A stretch of DNA of 64,000 nt. Source: a virus. The translations under genes were made by a program, and so were the position numbers. This document shows positions 46,000 through 55,260 of this stretch, piece after piece; position 1 is the stretch's first letter; each line of letters starts with the position of its first letter. Below the pieces are notes generated by a model. The model was not told the DNA's origin and did no database searches. It was given only the letters and a program-made list of their open reading frames with translations. Location of the stretch: the IMG/VR virus record IMGVR_UViG_3300025009_000068, positions 1-64,000 of that record; one strand, written 5' to 3'.

Positions 46000-46299
46000 T
46001 TATTTTCGTTGGGGTTTAACCCAAACCCCATGGGTGGTATTCCACGCCTTGCCATGGGCGTTATAGCTCATGATCCGAAACATCAAGAGCCCCTTATCGG
46101 GAGCGCCACGCCAAACGTACTCGGTCTTGGCGCTCCCCGTGTCCCGAATCTCTCCCCATGACCGGCCCCTAGTCGTTGAGATCTGGAGCTTGTAGCCGGT
46201 CGCTCCGGCTGAGGCGTCCCACTCCAACGGGATGTCTGCCGCGAAGGAATAGGACGCAAGAATGATGGTGATAGCTATCGTAAGCAGTATTCTCCCCAT
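46000..46299 (-). CDS. Secreted fibronectin type III-like protein
   Basis: Signal ending SFA; LEWDASAGATGYKL...FRIMSYN. Confidence 0.7.
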   Translation of the reverse strand: MGRILLTIAITIILASYSFAADIPLEWDASAGATGYKLQISTTRGRSWGEIRDTGSAKTEYVWRGAPDKGLLMFRIMSYNAHGKAWNTTHGVWVKPQRK

Positions 46300-46350
46300 C
46301 AATCCTTCTCCGCTCCAACAAAATATCAACGCACCCACCCAACCGTCTCC

Positions 46351-47319
46351 TTAGCTGGCCCCGCCGTCCTCCCATTGGTTTCTATAATTGAGTCCATCTG
46401 CTACCGTGGAGGATCGGTTGTGAAGGCACATATAACTCCCTGCCGTCGCTGGTGAATCTATGCAGTCCCCGGCCCCAATACCCGCCGAGTATGACCCGCC
46501 CACATCACCGTTGAATTGCATCGCGTCAGACACCATATCAACGGTCAACACGGCAGCAGCATCAGTCCGGTAACACGCAAAATAGTTCGCAGTTGCAGGA
46601 TGCCGAATCGTGCCGGCAACGGAAGCATGGAAAACCGAACCGGACTGAGCAGGTCCAGGCCCGAACTGATAGACGTCGTTGATGTCCCAGTTGTTGTCGG
46701 TCCCACCTGCAAGAGTGCAGGTTGCTCCGGTGGCTGTCGAGGCTGTAACCGTGCAGCTTGATGTATCTGTGACGTTGTAGAGCATCATACCAACTTTTGC
46801 AGAGGTGGCGCTTGAATCGTCGGCATGGATCAGCGTCGCACTGTCATCGGTTGTGGTGTGAACGCCGGATGGTGCGGTCAGAATAATGGTATCCATGAGG
46901 CGCGGAGCCTTGGTCTCCACCGCAGTCTCAAGATCCTGAAACGCTTCCGGGAGCTTGGGGTCATCTCTGACTGTTGACCCCGTGAATGTCCCGTAAGTGT
47001 TACCAGGAACTAAAGCCACGGATGTGCTTGAAGCTGCCGCAGCCTCAGCATTTGTGGCGGTCTCGATCTTCCCTGCCACTGTCGAGGATGCGGCAGGGAC
47101 ACCAGCGACCACATCTATAGACCCAACCCCGCCAGTCTCACTCAACGCTCCATTGGAAACCTGAATTTCATAAACAGGCTTCTTGCTGGGACTTCCATCA
47201 GGCTCGGAAACAAGAATGCGGCCTCGCGCGGCATGGGAGCAAGGAAGATGAAATGATACGACAAAAAAGCATGCGATAAAAAATGTAAACAGCAAATATT
47301 TATATGATTTCATGCCCAT
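46351..47319 (-). CDS. Accessory fibre-like protein with signal peptide
   Basis: KYLLFTFFIACFFVVSFHLPCSHA; ASSTVAGKIETATNAE fibre motif. Confidence 0.7.
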   Translation of the reverse strand: MGMKSYKYLLFTFFIACFFVVSFHLPCSHAARGRILVSEPDGSPSKKPVYEIQVSNGALSETGGVGSIDVVAGVPAASSTVAGKIETATNAEAAAASSTSVALVPGNTYGTFTGSTVRDDPKLPEAFQDLETAVETKAPRLMDTIILTAPSGVHTTTDDSATLIHADDSSATSAKVGMMLYNVTDTSSCTVTASTATGATCTLAGGTDNNWDINDVYQFGPGPAQSGSVFHASVAGTIRHPATANYFACYRTDAAAVLTVDMVSDAMQFNGDVGGSYSAGIGAGDCIDSPATAGSYMCLHNRSSTVADGLNYRNQWEDGGAS

Positions 47320-47344
47320 GCAACTCCTTTGATGACTTCTATTC

Positions 47345-47857
47345 CTATGGCCTCTCAATATCAATGTAGATCACTCCGCCGTTCGCTGCCCCGGCAGCAC
47401 TAACAGCCACCGTGACCTTCTCAAAAATCCACAACTCTCCCAGCACGGGGAGCGCGGGCTCGGTCACAGTGGCGCTGCGATTGTCCAAACTCCCGCCATC
47501 CAGATCGATTCCCGTAGCTGCCCCAGAGAGAGAAATGTCGTAAGCTGCATCCGGAGCGAGAGCACCCCCCGACGGATCGGTGATAAACTGGTCAATGCGG
47601 CCAAGAAGTGGAATGGCGGTGGTGCATGCGTAGGCCCCGGCTCCATCCGATGTCCAGGCTATTGCATAGCGCGTGGTATGGCCATGGGTCGAGGGAGTGA
47701 GGGAGCAATCCACGGCATGAGAGACTGACGGGAACGAAAGGAGTGCCATAAAAATGAGAATGGAGGCCACAGCCATGGTAGCGGCCGCTGTCAGGATTGC
47801 CTTGAAGGGTGGAATCCCTCTCCTCTTCGCCGTATTTACCTTTATCACTCTCTTCAT
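47345..47857 (-). CDS. Accessory virion-type protein with signal peptide
   Basis: Long hydrophobic region ending VSHA; WTSDG...APDAAYDISL...DNRS motif. Confidence 0.7.
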   Translation of the reverse strand: MKRVIKVNTAKRRGIPPFKAILTAAATMAVASILIFMALLSFPSVSHAVDCSLTPSTHGHTTRYAIAWTSDGAGAYACTTAIPLLGRIDQFITDPSGGALAPDAAYDISLSGAATGIDLDGGSLDNRSATVTEPALPVLGELWIFEKVTVAVSAAGAANGGVIYIDIERP

Positions 47858-47861
47858 GGCC

Positions 47862-48155
47862 TTATCTCCCTTTCCCTTGGAGCACGTCAAGTGCCGTAAG
47901 TTTCGCCGTCAAAATATCCGAAAGAATGCGAGCGGCCCCCTGGGACCTCACCAGGGCGTCCCCGCTGCACTCCACGCATTGCATTGCCATTTCCCGGTAA
48001 AGCCGCTGCTCCCATTGAAGGATGGTTTTGAATTGCTGGTCTTGGGATAGCTTGGAGATCGCCAGCAGCACGCGCCGGTCTTCTTCCTTCTCGGGATTGA
48101 GTTGCTCGAGAAAATAAAGAGAGGGGGTTATCGTTGCTGCATTTGCCATGGTCAT
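47862..48155 (-). CDS. Small post-portal protein
   Basis: Overlaps the portal stop; RSQGAARIL motif. Confidence 0.65.
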   Translation of the reverse strand: MTMANAATITPSLYFLEQLNPEKEEDRRVLLAISKLSQDQQFKTILQWEQRLYREMAMQCVECSGDALVRSQGAARILSDILTAKLTALDVLQGKGR

Positions 48156-50656
48156 TATTGCACCCCCCCACCATTTCCGGCACGGGCCATCATTGCCTGG
48201 AAGTCAGCCCCGCCTCCACGAACACCAGCCTGATTCATCTGCTGCGGTGCGATTATTGGTGGGCCGGCCGCTCCGTTTCCGCCTTGAAGGGGAGGGGACT
48301 GTCTGACGTTGCCACCGCCCGCGCCACCTTGTCCGCCGCCCTGCCCCTGCCCGGCCTCCATCAGCGCCTGAGCCATGACCTCCATGGGAATCCCGAGCCG
48401 CTCAGAAAGCACGCCCAGCATGGCCACCACTTTTTGCTGCTCCTGCTCTGCCGCCACGGCATCTTCATCCGGAATCAACCCGGAAAGATCGATATCCAAG
48501 CTCTCGACAGCGCTCCTCACAAGCTCGGCCATTGCGGGCTTCCCGAGGATTTCGAGGATGATCGGAGATCGCAATGCCAACGACATGAACTCGTTCAGCC
48601 GGATCTGCCGCTGCTCCTCGACTATGAGTGCCGTGCTCCCGCGCGGAACAACAAACACATCCCCCTTCAAGGCATGATCCGAATCGTAAAGCATGACATG
48701 GTATGCGTGCTGCCTGACCGACGGCACCGTAATCCCGTCGTCGATGTGGAAGATCACGGACTTTATCCCCTTGCCGGCGGCATTCATAAGCATGCTGAGT
48801 CCCGTGGCAGTGCGCGCGGCCCCGGAGCTCTCCGACATGCCGTACACGTAATTCGGTATCCCCGTGCTCTCTCCCGCCTGCTTGGCCCAGTAGTCGTAAA
48901 CTTTTAAGAGCATGTCGGTCATGGGGTTTGGCGAGAAGAACTGAATAGGGATGGCGCTTCCCCCATTTGGGTCCCGCTTGAACTGCCACACCTTCCAGGG
49001 GGAAAACTCGTCTGATTTCTCGCCGGGCATGAGCCGTGACGCATCGGTTATGGCAACCTGCGGTCCCGAAGCCATTCCCATATTATTGACCACCGACCGC
49101 GCCGCGGCGTTGCACATATACTGCTCTGGAGCCATGACTTCCGGGAGGGCTTTCCCCCAAATCGAGCCAGGAACGTTTTCGAAGCTGGCGGAATAGTAAG
49201 GGCGATTCCCAAGCGGGTCGGGATTCACTATGGCCTTGATGACATATTGACCAACGGCCCGCGCACAGACCTGATATTCCCTTTCAGGCTCAATCGGCTC
49301 GACCTTCGTGACCATGGCGCCCGGCCGGCGCTCGGCACTTACATGCTCCCTCATTCCCCATTCGATGAGCAAGCTTCCCTGGACGGAGCCCCAGAAGATC
49401 AAAGAGTCCATTTTCCCTTCAGGATCCGAAGTGTATTCCTCTTCCCGGCTCTCTAATCGAGCGCGCTCCTGATCCTGGTAATCCCACTCGCGGTAACCGG
49501 TGCGCCCGTAGTGCTGCAAGCAAAGCCGAATCTGCTCGGAGTGATAGCCTGGAGTCCCGGCGAGGGATGCAAGCTCGGACCTGGAAATGGAATCCCGCTC
49601 CAGGAGATACCCATCCTGCAAGGTCCGGGCCCCTGGTGAAGGGAAGATGTCGAAAGGGGAAACGCGGTCATATTCCTTCACGAGCTTCTTTTCGACACGC
49701 ATTTCCGGGTTCATCAAGTCTTGTGAGTGGTCCCAGACAATCCTGGCCTTCCTGCGGATCGTCGGGCCTTTAAGGAAAGCCGTTGGGAATGTGGCGATGT
49801 CGTAGAGCAGAGAATCGAGCGCGGAATACCACCCGCCTTCCTTGAAGTCGTCATCAACCTTTTCCTCGAGCTTGTCCGACCGCTTCTTTCCTTCCTCGTC
49901 ATAAGTCGCGGAAAGCTTCTCCTTCATTTTCTCGATGCGAGTCCGCAACTCTTCGGATGATATCGGGGCACCGGCCTCGAGGATTTCACGCTGAGCCTCG
50001 ACAACCAGACGCTGCTCGAGCTGCGGTGAAAGCGTGGGGATCGGAGTTGCATTGAGAGAAAAAGGCTTCCCGCCGGGCGGGCGAAGAATGTCACGGCACC
50101 AGCTTTCGAGCGCACGACATTTGATGTTGGTGATCATAATAAAGACTTCCGAGCCACCACGGGACTGAATGAGGGTAAGCTCGTCGGCCTCGTATTCCCC
50201 GAGGCGCTGCCGCAAGCATTTAAGCAGGCGCGGCTGAATGGATTGCTGCTTGGCGTTTCGCGCGGCCTCGAAGCATGTGCGAATGTGGGTTCCAATGGAG
50301 AGAATCTGCTGCTGGTTTTGGAGCTTCTCTGCCTCGGCCTGCTGGACTTGCATGCGTGAGTGGTAATCCAGCTCATCGTTTGAGATGAGGCGCATGTAGG
50401 GCTGAGGAGGAAGAGAAGACGGCGGAGGCGGTTGGTAAGGCGGATAGGGCTGGGAAGGAGAGAGAAGCCTTGAAGGTGGAAGGCCTTGCTGCGGCGCTGC
50501 TTGTGATGCCTGGCCGGTAGGCATTTGCTGTGCCTGCCCCACCTGGAATACCGGCACGGCTTGCTGTCTCATCCATCCCTGTTGGAGCCCGCCGCCACCA
50601 CCCATGCCGCCTACCATATTGATTTCTCCGTGGAGGTTGGATTTTTTGTGCACCAA
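48155..50656 (-). CDS. Portal protein
   Basis: RVSPFDIFPSP, PGSIWG, NNMGMASGPQV, ARTATGLSMLM motifs; follows TerL. Confidence 0.88.
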   Translation of the reverse strand: MVHKKSNLHGEINMVGGMGGGGGLQQGWMRQQAVPVFQVGQAQQMPTGQASQAAPQQGLPPSRLLSPSQPYPPYQPPPPSSLPPQPYMRLISNDELDYHSRMQVQQAEAEKLQNQQQILSIGTHIRTCFEAARNAKQQSIQPRLLKCLRQRLGEYEADELTLIQSRGGSEVFIMITNIKCRALESWCRDILRPPGGKPFSLNATPIPTLSPQLEQRLVVEAQREILEAGAPISSEELRTRIEKMKEKLSATYDEEGKKRSDKLEEKVDDDFKEGGWYSALDSLLYDIATFPTAFLKGPTIRRKARIVWDHSQDLMNPEMRVEKKLVKEYDRVSPFDIFPSPGARTLQDGYLLERDSISRSELASLAGTPGYHSEQIRLCLQHYGRTGYREWDYQDQERARLESREEEYTSDPEGKMDSLIFWGSVQGSLLIEWGMREHVSAERRPGAMVTKVEPIEPEREYQVCARAVGQYVIKAIVNPDPLGNRPYYSASFENVPGSIWGKALPEVMAPEQYMCNAAARSVVNNMGMASGPQVAITDASRLMPGEKSDEFSPWKVWQFKRDPNGGSAIPIQFFSPNPMTDMLLKVYDYWAKQAGESTGIPNYVYGMSESSGAARTATGLSMLMNAAGKGIKSVIFHIDDGITVPSVRQHAYHVMLYDSDHALKGDVFVVPRGSTALIVEEQRQIRLNEFMSLALRSPIILEILGKPAMAELVRSAVESLDIDLSGLIPDEDAVAAEQEQQKVVAMLGVLSERLGIPMEVMAQALMEAGQGQGGGQGGAGGGNVRQSPPLQGGNGAAGPPIIAPQQMNQAGVRGGGADFQAMMARAGNGGGVQ

Positions 50657-50728
50657 TTGGATATTGTTGACATTTTTGAATCAATTCCACCTTCAAGGTT
50701 ATATTTCTGGTTATATTTCTCTGCCATT

Positions 50729-52393
50729 TTACATCTTCCCAACCTTGAAAGCCTTGAAAGCCCCGGCGTGCGTCTCCACCCCGCTCCCGCCGAGCGCCAC
50801 GTCAAACCGATGCCCCATGGCGAGCTGCTGAAAAGCGTCGGCCCCATGCGCGTGCTCATCTTCAACGGGACTGCTGCTATATTGCTGCATGGCCTCGTTC
50901 CACTTTCGCCGGTAGTTTTCCAGGTGGATGATGCCCCTCTCGCACTTCTGCTCATCGAACCAGCAAAGGGGAAGAATTACCCGGGCGGCCTCGATGGAGT
51001 CAGCCTTGGCCTGCACTCTCGGAATGGTCTGGAAGTGGATACCGAGGCCGGCCGCGATTGCCTTCCGGCTCCTGCCCTGCTCATCTAGCACTCGAGTCTC
51101 GATATCGTGAGGGGCGTAGTGAGTGCCATACCTGTAGCCACTCTGCTGCATGCCTTGCGCGCCGTTCGCGCCGTTCGCGCCGTTCGCTCCTTGCAAGCCC
51201 CGCAAACCCTGCCCTTGCTGCCGCTTAACCAGTTCGTCCCGATAGTAAGCAAATCCTTCTCCGGAGAACTCGAAATACTCAATGACGTGGATCTCTTTCA
51301 CCACGCTCTGCGTGAACCAAATCGCCATGTATCCGTCGAGCCCAAGGTCCCACCAGGTGTCCACCAGCAAATTCGGCTGATAGGGCACCCGGCAGATCCT
51401 GCCATCCGACCGAACTTTTGCCATCTCGGACGCCCAGAAGGCGCCCTCGATCTGCTGCTCAAAAGCCTCCTCGGGGGTGGAAGGATACTCGGACTTGATC
51501 TTGTCCCCGAGGTCCTCTTTCTTCTTGATGTACCATGCTTTCTGATTGTGCGTGAGGCGAAGGCCAGGGCACGCCATCTCGGTCAGGGCGAAATACTGGA
51601 TCATGGTCTGTGGAATGGGAACGATGCGAGCATCCTCGTCCGAGAGCACATTCTTGGGATCGTCGGGCCATCCAAAGAAGTGCATCTTCCAGTCGAGTTG
51701 AGTAAGGCGATTTCCTTGACGCTGGTTGTTCAGGGCCTTTTGAGAGTAATCGTAGAAATATCCGGCCCGGCCCTCGGCTGTAGATTCGATGATGGTAACT
51801 TCGCCAACATGAACTGTATTCAGGGCTCCGGTTACAATTTCCTGCGCTTTGTCGGGATGCTTCGCACAGATTTTCCCAAACTCAGAAACGAGAAGGTATT
51901 GAAGAGTGCCGGACCGCATTGACCGACCAACGCGAATGCACGAGTCGTTTTCAAAGTGGAGCTCGTTCTTGGCCTCCGTCTTCGAGGGCTTAATCGCCTT
52001 CCGGAATTGATCCGGCAAATTGTCATAGGCGAAGCGGACCTTGTTCACGAAGATCTTGATAACGTCCGCATCGGTGTGAGCAATGATCCCAGCTTCAACG
52101 CATGAGTTGAAGAGGCAGCAATCAAGGAAGAAAATGCAGACGGCGGTTGTTATGCCGTGCTGCCTGGATTTCAGGACAATGTTTTTGTGCCAAAGCCCTT
52201 TCAGGAGACGGAATTGCCGCTGATTCAGGCGGAACCGCACCTTCTTCCCGGATTCGTTTTTCACAAAGTAAAGGTGATTCAGCCGCCAGTATTGGCTTGA
52301 GACAAGGGCCTCCTCTTCTTGGAAGGGATAGTCCTCGTTGGGAAGGGATTGCGTTTCAATCGCCGAAGATCCCGCCTGTCCAGCCTGCATCAC
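50729..52393 (-). CDS. terL: Terminase large subunit
   Basis: LKSRQHGITT Walker A, LLVSE Walker B, IESTAEG, WDLG and HGADAF nuclease motifs. Confidence 0.92.
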   Translation of the reverse strand: MMQAGQAGSSAIETQSLPNEDYPFQEEEALVSSQYWRLNHLYFVKNESGKKVRFRLNQRQFRLLKGLWHKNIVLKSRQHGITTAVCIFFLDCCLFNSCVEAGIIAHTDADVIKIFVNKVRFAYDNLPDQFRKAIKPSKTEAKNELHFENDSCIRVGRSMRSGTLQYLLVSEFGKICAKHPDKAQEIVTGALNTVHVGEVTIIESTAEGRAGYFYDYSQKALNNQRQGNRLTQLDWKMHFFGWPDDPKNVLSDEDARIVPIPQTMIQYFALTEMACPGLRLTHNQKAWYIKKKEDLGDKIKSEYPSTPEEAFEQQIEGAFWASEMAKVRSDGRICRVPYQPNLLVDTWWDLGLDGYMAIWFTQSVVKEIHVIEYFEFSGEGFAYYRDELVKRQQGQGLRGLQGANGANGANGAQGMQQSGYRYGTHYAPHDIETRVLDEQGRSRKAIAAGLGIHFQTIPRVQAKADSIEAARVILPLCWFDEQKCERGIIHLENYRRKWNEAMQQYSSSPVEDEHAHGADAFQQLAMGHRFDVALGGSGVETHAGAFKAFKVGKM

Positions 52394-52396
52394 CCC

Positions 52397-52834
52397 TTAC
52401 CGCCCTTTCTTTCTTTCCTTGTAGAACCGGTGCCGATTGATTTTGACGATGAACTCCATCTTCTCGGCATCGTCCACCCAGCTTGGATCACACCCGACGG
52501 CACAGTAATGCGTGGCCCCCTTCACCGGATCAACAGTAGCCCCGGCAAGCGCAAGTTGAGCCACGGCCAAGCACGCAGGATCATAGTAGCCCTGAATCAC
52601 CATGCGCTCCAGCCCCGGAAGGTTGGGATCGCCAGGGTTGAAGCAAGAGAACTGTTTTGGTTTCAGGATCACGGATTTGACGGAGTTTCCCCACCAGGAG
52701 GGGTGGAGGGCGCGATTCAGGACGACATGAGCAACGGCGAGCTTCCCGATGGGAGGTTCCCCGCGAGCCTCGCCCCACAGGAGAAGGGTTAAAAGCTCGG
52801 GAGCAGAAAGATCGTCAAAGTCCATTGTCGCCAT
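52397..52834 (-). CDS. Cell wall hydrolase (SleB/Hydrolase_2), probable endolysin
   Basis: WGEARGE...AVAHVVLNR...QFSCFN...GATHY...HRFY. Confidence 0.88.
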   Translation of the reverse strand: MATMDFDDLSAPELLTLLLWGEARGEPPIGKLAVAHVVLNRALHPSWWGNSVKSVILKPKQFSCFNPGDPNLPGLERMVIQGYYDPACLAVAQLALAGATVDPVKGATHYCAVGCDPSWVDDAEKMEFIVKINRHRFYKERKKGR

Positions 52835-52863
52835 GGATTTCTCCTTCTTGGTGGAGTTGCCAG

Positions 52864-52970
52864 ATCGCGCTTCACCGTCAGCCGTTATCGCGCTTCACCG
52901 TCAGCCGTTATCGCGCTTCACCGTCAGCCGTTATCGCGCTTCACCGTCAGCCATTCTCACGCTTCACTCT
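52864..52970. repeat. 23-bp tandem repeat ATCGCGCTTCACCGTCAGCCGTT x4 plus a degenerate fifth copy
   Basis: Units start at 52864, 52887, 52910, 52933 and 52956; intergenic. Confidence 0.92.
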
Positions 52971-53563
52971 CGGCCGCGCTCGGCCTCATAGACATGCTCA
53001 TCCGGCCATCCACCCCTCTCGGCCGGCAGTCCCCGGGTCTTTCCGTCGATCTTTGCAATCAAGGCCTTCAATCCCAACTCGCCCGACATCTCTACCTTTT
53101 CGCTCCGAGGCATCCTGGAAAGGATGAAATCCCTGTCATGGTGAGAAAGCTTCCCGCCGAGCGCCGCAAGGAAGAGGTTCGCCATTTCCATCCCGGCCGC
53201 GATCTCTCGCACGGTGTTGATGGCCCAGTCTCGCGTGTAGTTGCCCTGGGGCTGCTCGATGCAGTAGAGGATCCTGAACGCGAGCACGACATCCGGGGAT
53301 GCCTGGAAGAGGAGTTGCTTGAGATTGTCGGCGGCCGTGTTGTTCCTGGCTATGGACGCAGGGATATCAACCGGCGGCTGCTCCGGTGCGGGCGGAATGC
53401 CGTAGGGGTAAATCGAGTCGGGAGGAATTGCGGCGCCGCCTACGCTGGCACCACCCTCCATAGAAGAGGAGGGGAGCGACAAAGCGAATGGATCATGCAG
53501 GTTACCCGGACTCGGTATCCCTGGAAGGGGAGGGGCTGGTGGCTTAGCTCTGGACGCTGACAT
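52964..53563 (-). CDS. Putative terminase small subunit
   Basis: Position upstream of TerL; KVEMSGELGLKALIAKIDGKTRGLP C-terminus. Confidence 0.45.
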   Translation of the reverse strand: MSASRAKPPAPPLPGIPSPGNLHDPFALSLPSSSMEGGASVGGAAIPPDSIYPYGIPPAPEQPPVDIPASIARNNTAADNLKQLLFQASPDVVLAFRILYCIEQPQGNYTRDWAINTVREIAAGMEMANLFLAALGGKLSHHDRDFILSRMPRSEKVEMSGELGLKALIAKIDGKTRGLPAERGGWPDEHVYEAERGRE

Positions 53564-53578
53564 CGTATGCTCTCCTCG

Positions 53579-53872
53579 TTACCCTCTCCCCATCTGCCCC
53601 GTGAAAATCTTGGGATGCGCGATCATGATCTGGCTCCCGGCATCCTTCCCTTCCCGGCACTGCTGCATGTAGTGCTTCACCACGGCACGGTTGATGTCCG
53701 CCATAAGTTGGAAGAATGCGTTGGGGTCGTTGGGAAAGCCCGTGACGGAGATCTGGCCGTCCGTGAAAAGCTTTGCCTGGAGGTGAAAGACCGCCTTGGG
53801 CTCGGAGTTTGGTGCCGAGCTGCCATAATTCTCGTTGTTGCCATTGCTACCGCTACCCTCTTGACTGGCCAT
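53579..53872 (-). CDS. Hypothetical protein
   Basis: GGGAG RBS; in operon. Confidence 0.6.
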   Translation of the reverse strand: MASQEGSGSNGNNENYGSSAPNSEPKAVFHLQAKLFTDGQISVTGFPNDPNAFFQLMADINRAVVKHYMQQCREGKDAGSQIMIAHPKIFTGQMGRG

Positions 53873-53953
53873 GTCGTATTTTCTCCCGCAAGAAAATTTG
53901 TTGAATGGATAAAATATCTTGTAACTGGAATCAGAATTCCCCTTCCCGTGCCA

Positions 53954-54325
53954 TCACCCGTCTCCCTGCTGCTCGGCATCGCAACTCTCGACCTTTCGCT
54001 CAGCCACGATCTCGGCAACCTTTGCGGCCTCAACCGTGCCGGTAATGGCCCCGCTGGTTCGCAACCGAATCCAGATGGCGGCTACTCCGTCACAAAGCGT
54101 CAACACGGCCGGAATGGCAACAGCAAGCGCCGTGCTGATGGTCTGCATGTCCTCCGCGCTCATCGCACTATAAAGGCCCAGCGCGGAAAGCAGCGTGACT
54201 CCGGTCTTGATGAGTTGGTAAAGGATCGATTGAGACTTGTACCAGTCCTTATTCCCCTCGACCGTTGCAACCGTGCCCTTGACTTCGGGCGCCGCCTTGA
54301 GTAGTTGCCACCAGGAGACATTCAT
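53954..54325 (-). CDS. Holin-like membrane protein
   Basis: KDWYKSQSI...two hydrophobic helices...IRLRT. Confidence 0.6.
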   Translation of the reverse strand: MNVSWWQLLKAAPEVKGTVATVEGNKDWYKSQSILYQLIKTGVTLLSALGLYSAMSAEDMQTISTALAVAIPAVLTLCDGVAAIWIRLRTSGAITGTVEAAKVAEIVAERKVESCDAEQQGDG

Positions 54326-54350
54326 CGCTTCACTCCGCCTCTCACTTTCG

Positions 54351-54833
54351 TCACTTCACCTTCGAAGCCAGGTCCACTCCGCCACAGAACGCATCCAGGA
54401 ATCCAAGCCACTTCGCCACATGCTCCATCGTGGGCGCCTTTTCACTCTTGAGCCCCATGACGCGCACCATGTCATTAAGCAGAAGCGCCACGAAAACCTT
54501 GTCGGTCTTGGTGCTCGCCACCCAGATCTGGCCGATCTGCTCTTCGATTAGCCCCTGAATGACAAGCGGGTCGTCTCCAGTCTGGATCACATCCTTTACG
54601 GTGCAGGTCGTCAACGTGACGTGCCGATACTCGGGAAGGTAGGCATAGGCCGCGAACCCAGCCTTCTCTGCAATGCTTTCAACGGTGTCCTGCACGGACA
54701 TGCCTGCGCATCCTCCAAGAATGGAAAGCGATACCATGAAGGTGGAGGTGAGCGCCATGAAGGCGAAGATTCCTACCATGATGTTCCAGAAATGACTATG
54801 CTTGATGATTCTTTCCGTGTTCATGCTGTTCAT
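54351..54833 (-). CDS. Lipoprotein in the lysis region
   Basis: Hydrophobic stretch plus lipobox LGGC. Confidence 0.6.
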   Translation of the reverse strand: MNSMNTERIIKHSHFWNIMVGIFAFMALTSTFMVSLSILGGCAGMSVQDTVESIAEKAGFAAYAYLPEYRHVTLTTCTVKDVIQTGDDPLVIQGLIEEQIGQIWVASTKTDKVFVALLLNDMVRVMGLKSEKAPTMEHVAKWLGFLDAFCGGVDLASKVK

Positions 54834-54879
54834 GATGATTTCCCCCATTTTTGATTTTTCCACGTTTTTAATTCGGTTC

Positions 54880-55254
54880 TCACTTATCCCCTTTCCAAAT
54901 CTTCTCAATGCTCGCCCGGATCTGCCGGCGATCGTCTTTACTCTCTCCATCCGCGACTTTCAGCGCCGCGATCTCCCGAGTGTTGACCTCCGTCGCAATC
55001 CTCATGTGCTGCAACTGCTCATTTATGCTCATGATTTGAGGGTATAACACCGACCAGATTGTGAGCAGAAATGAACCGGTGACGCACAGGATGCCATAGC
55101 CCGTCCAGCGAATCCATTTGAGGTCGGTCATGGCTGTTGTGAGTAAGGCCGCGAACTCCGGATGAAAATCACATGTTTCACACTCGGTTTGGTTACCATT
55201 ATGACTCGACCTCTGCATTGCAGTTTCATCCTCGTGGATTGCTCTGTCTCTCAT
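54880..55254 (-). CDS. Single-TM coiled-coil protein (lysis-associated)
   Basis: TM helix followed by heptads. Confidence 0.6.
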   Translation of the reverse strand: MRDRAIHEDETAMQRSSHNGNQTECETCDFHPEFAALLTTAMTDLKWIRWTGYGILCVTGSFLLTIWSVLYPQIMSINEQLQHMRIATEVNTREIAALKVADGESKDDRRQIRASIEKIWKGDK

Positions 55255-55260
55255 TGAAGT

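Noticed and set aside
41557-52365. GTTTCAATC matches near 41558 and 52353 as additional CRISPR repeats
   Set aside because: Only 9 nt match, inside coding sequence, with no repeat hairpin
52864-52970. CRISPR array
   Set aside because: Repeats are contiguous with no spacers
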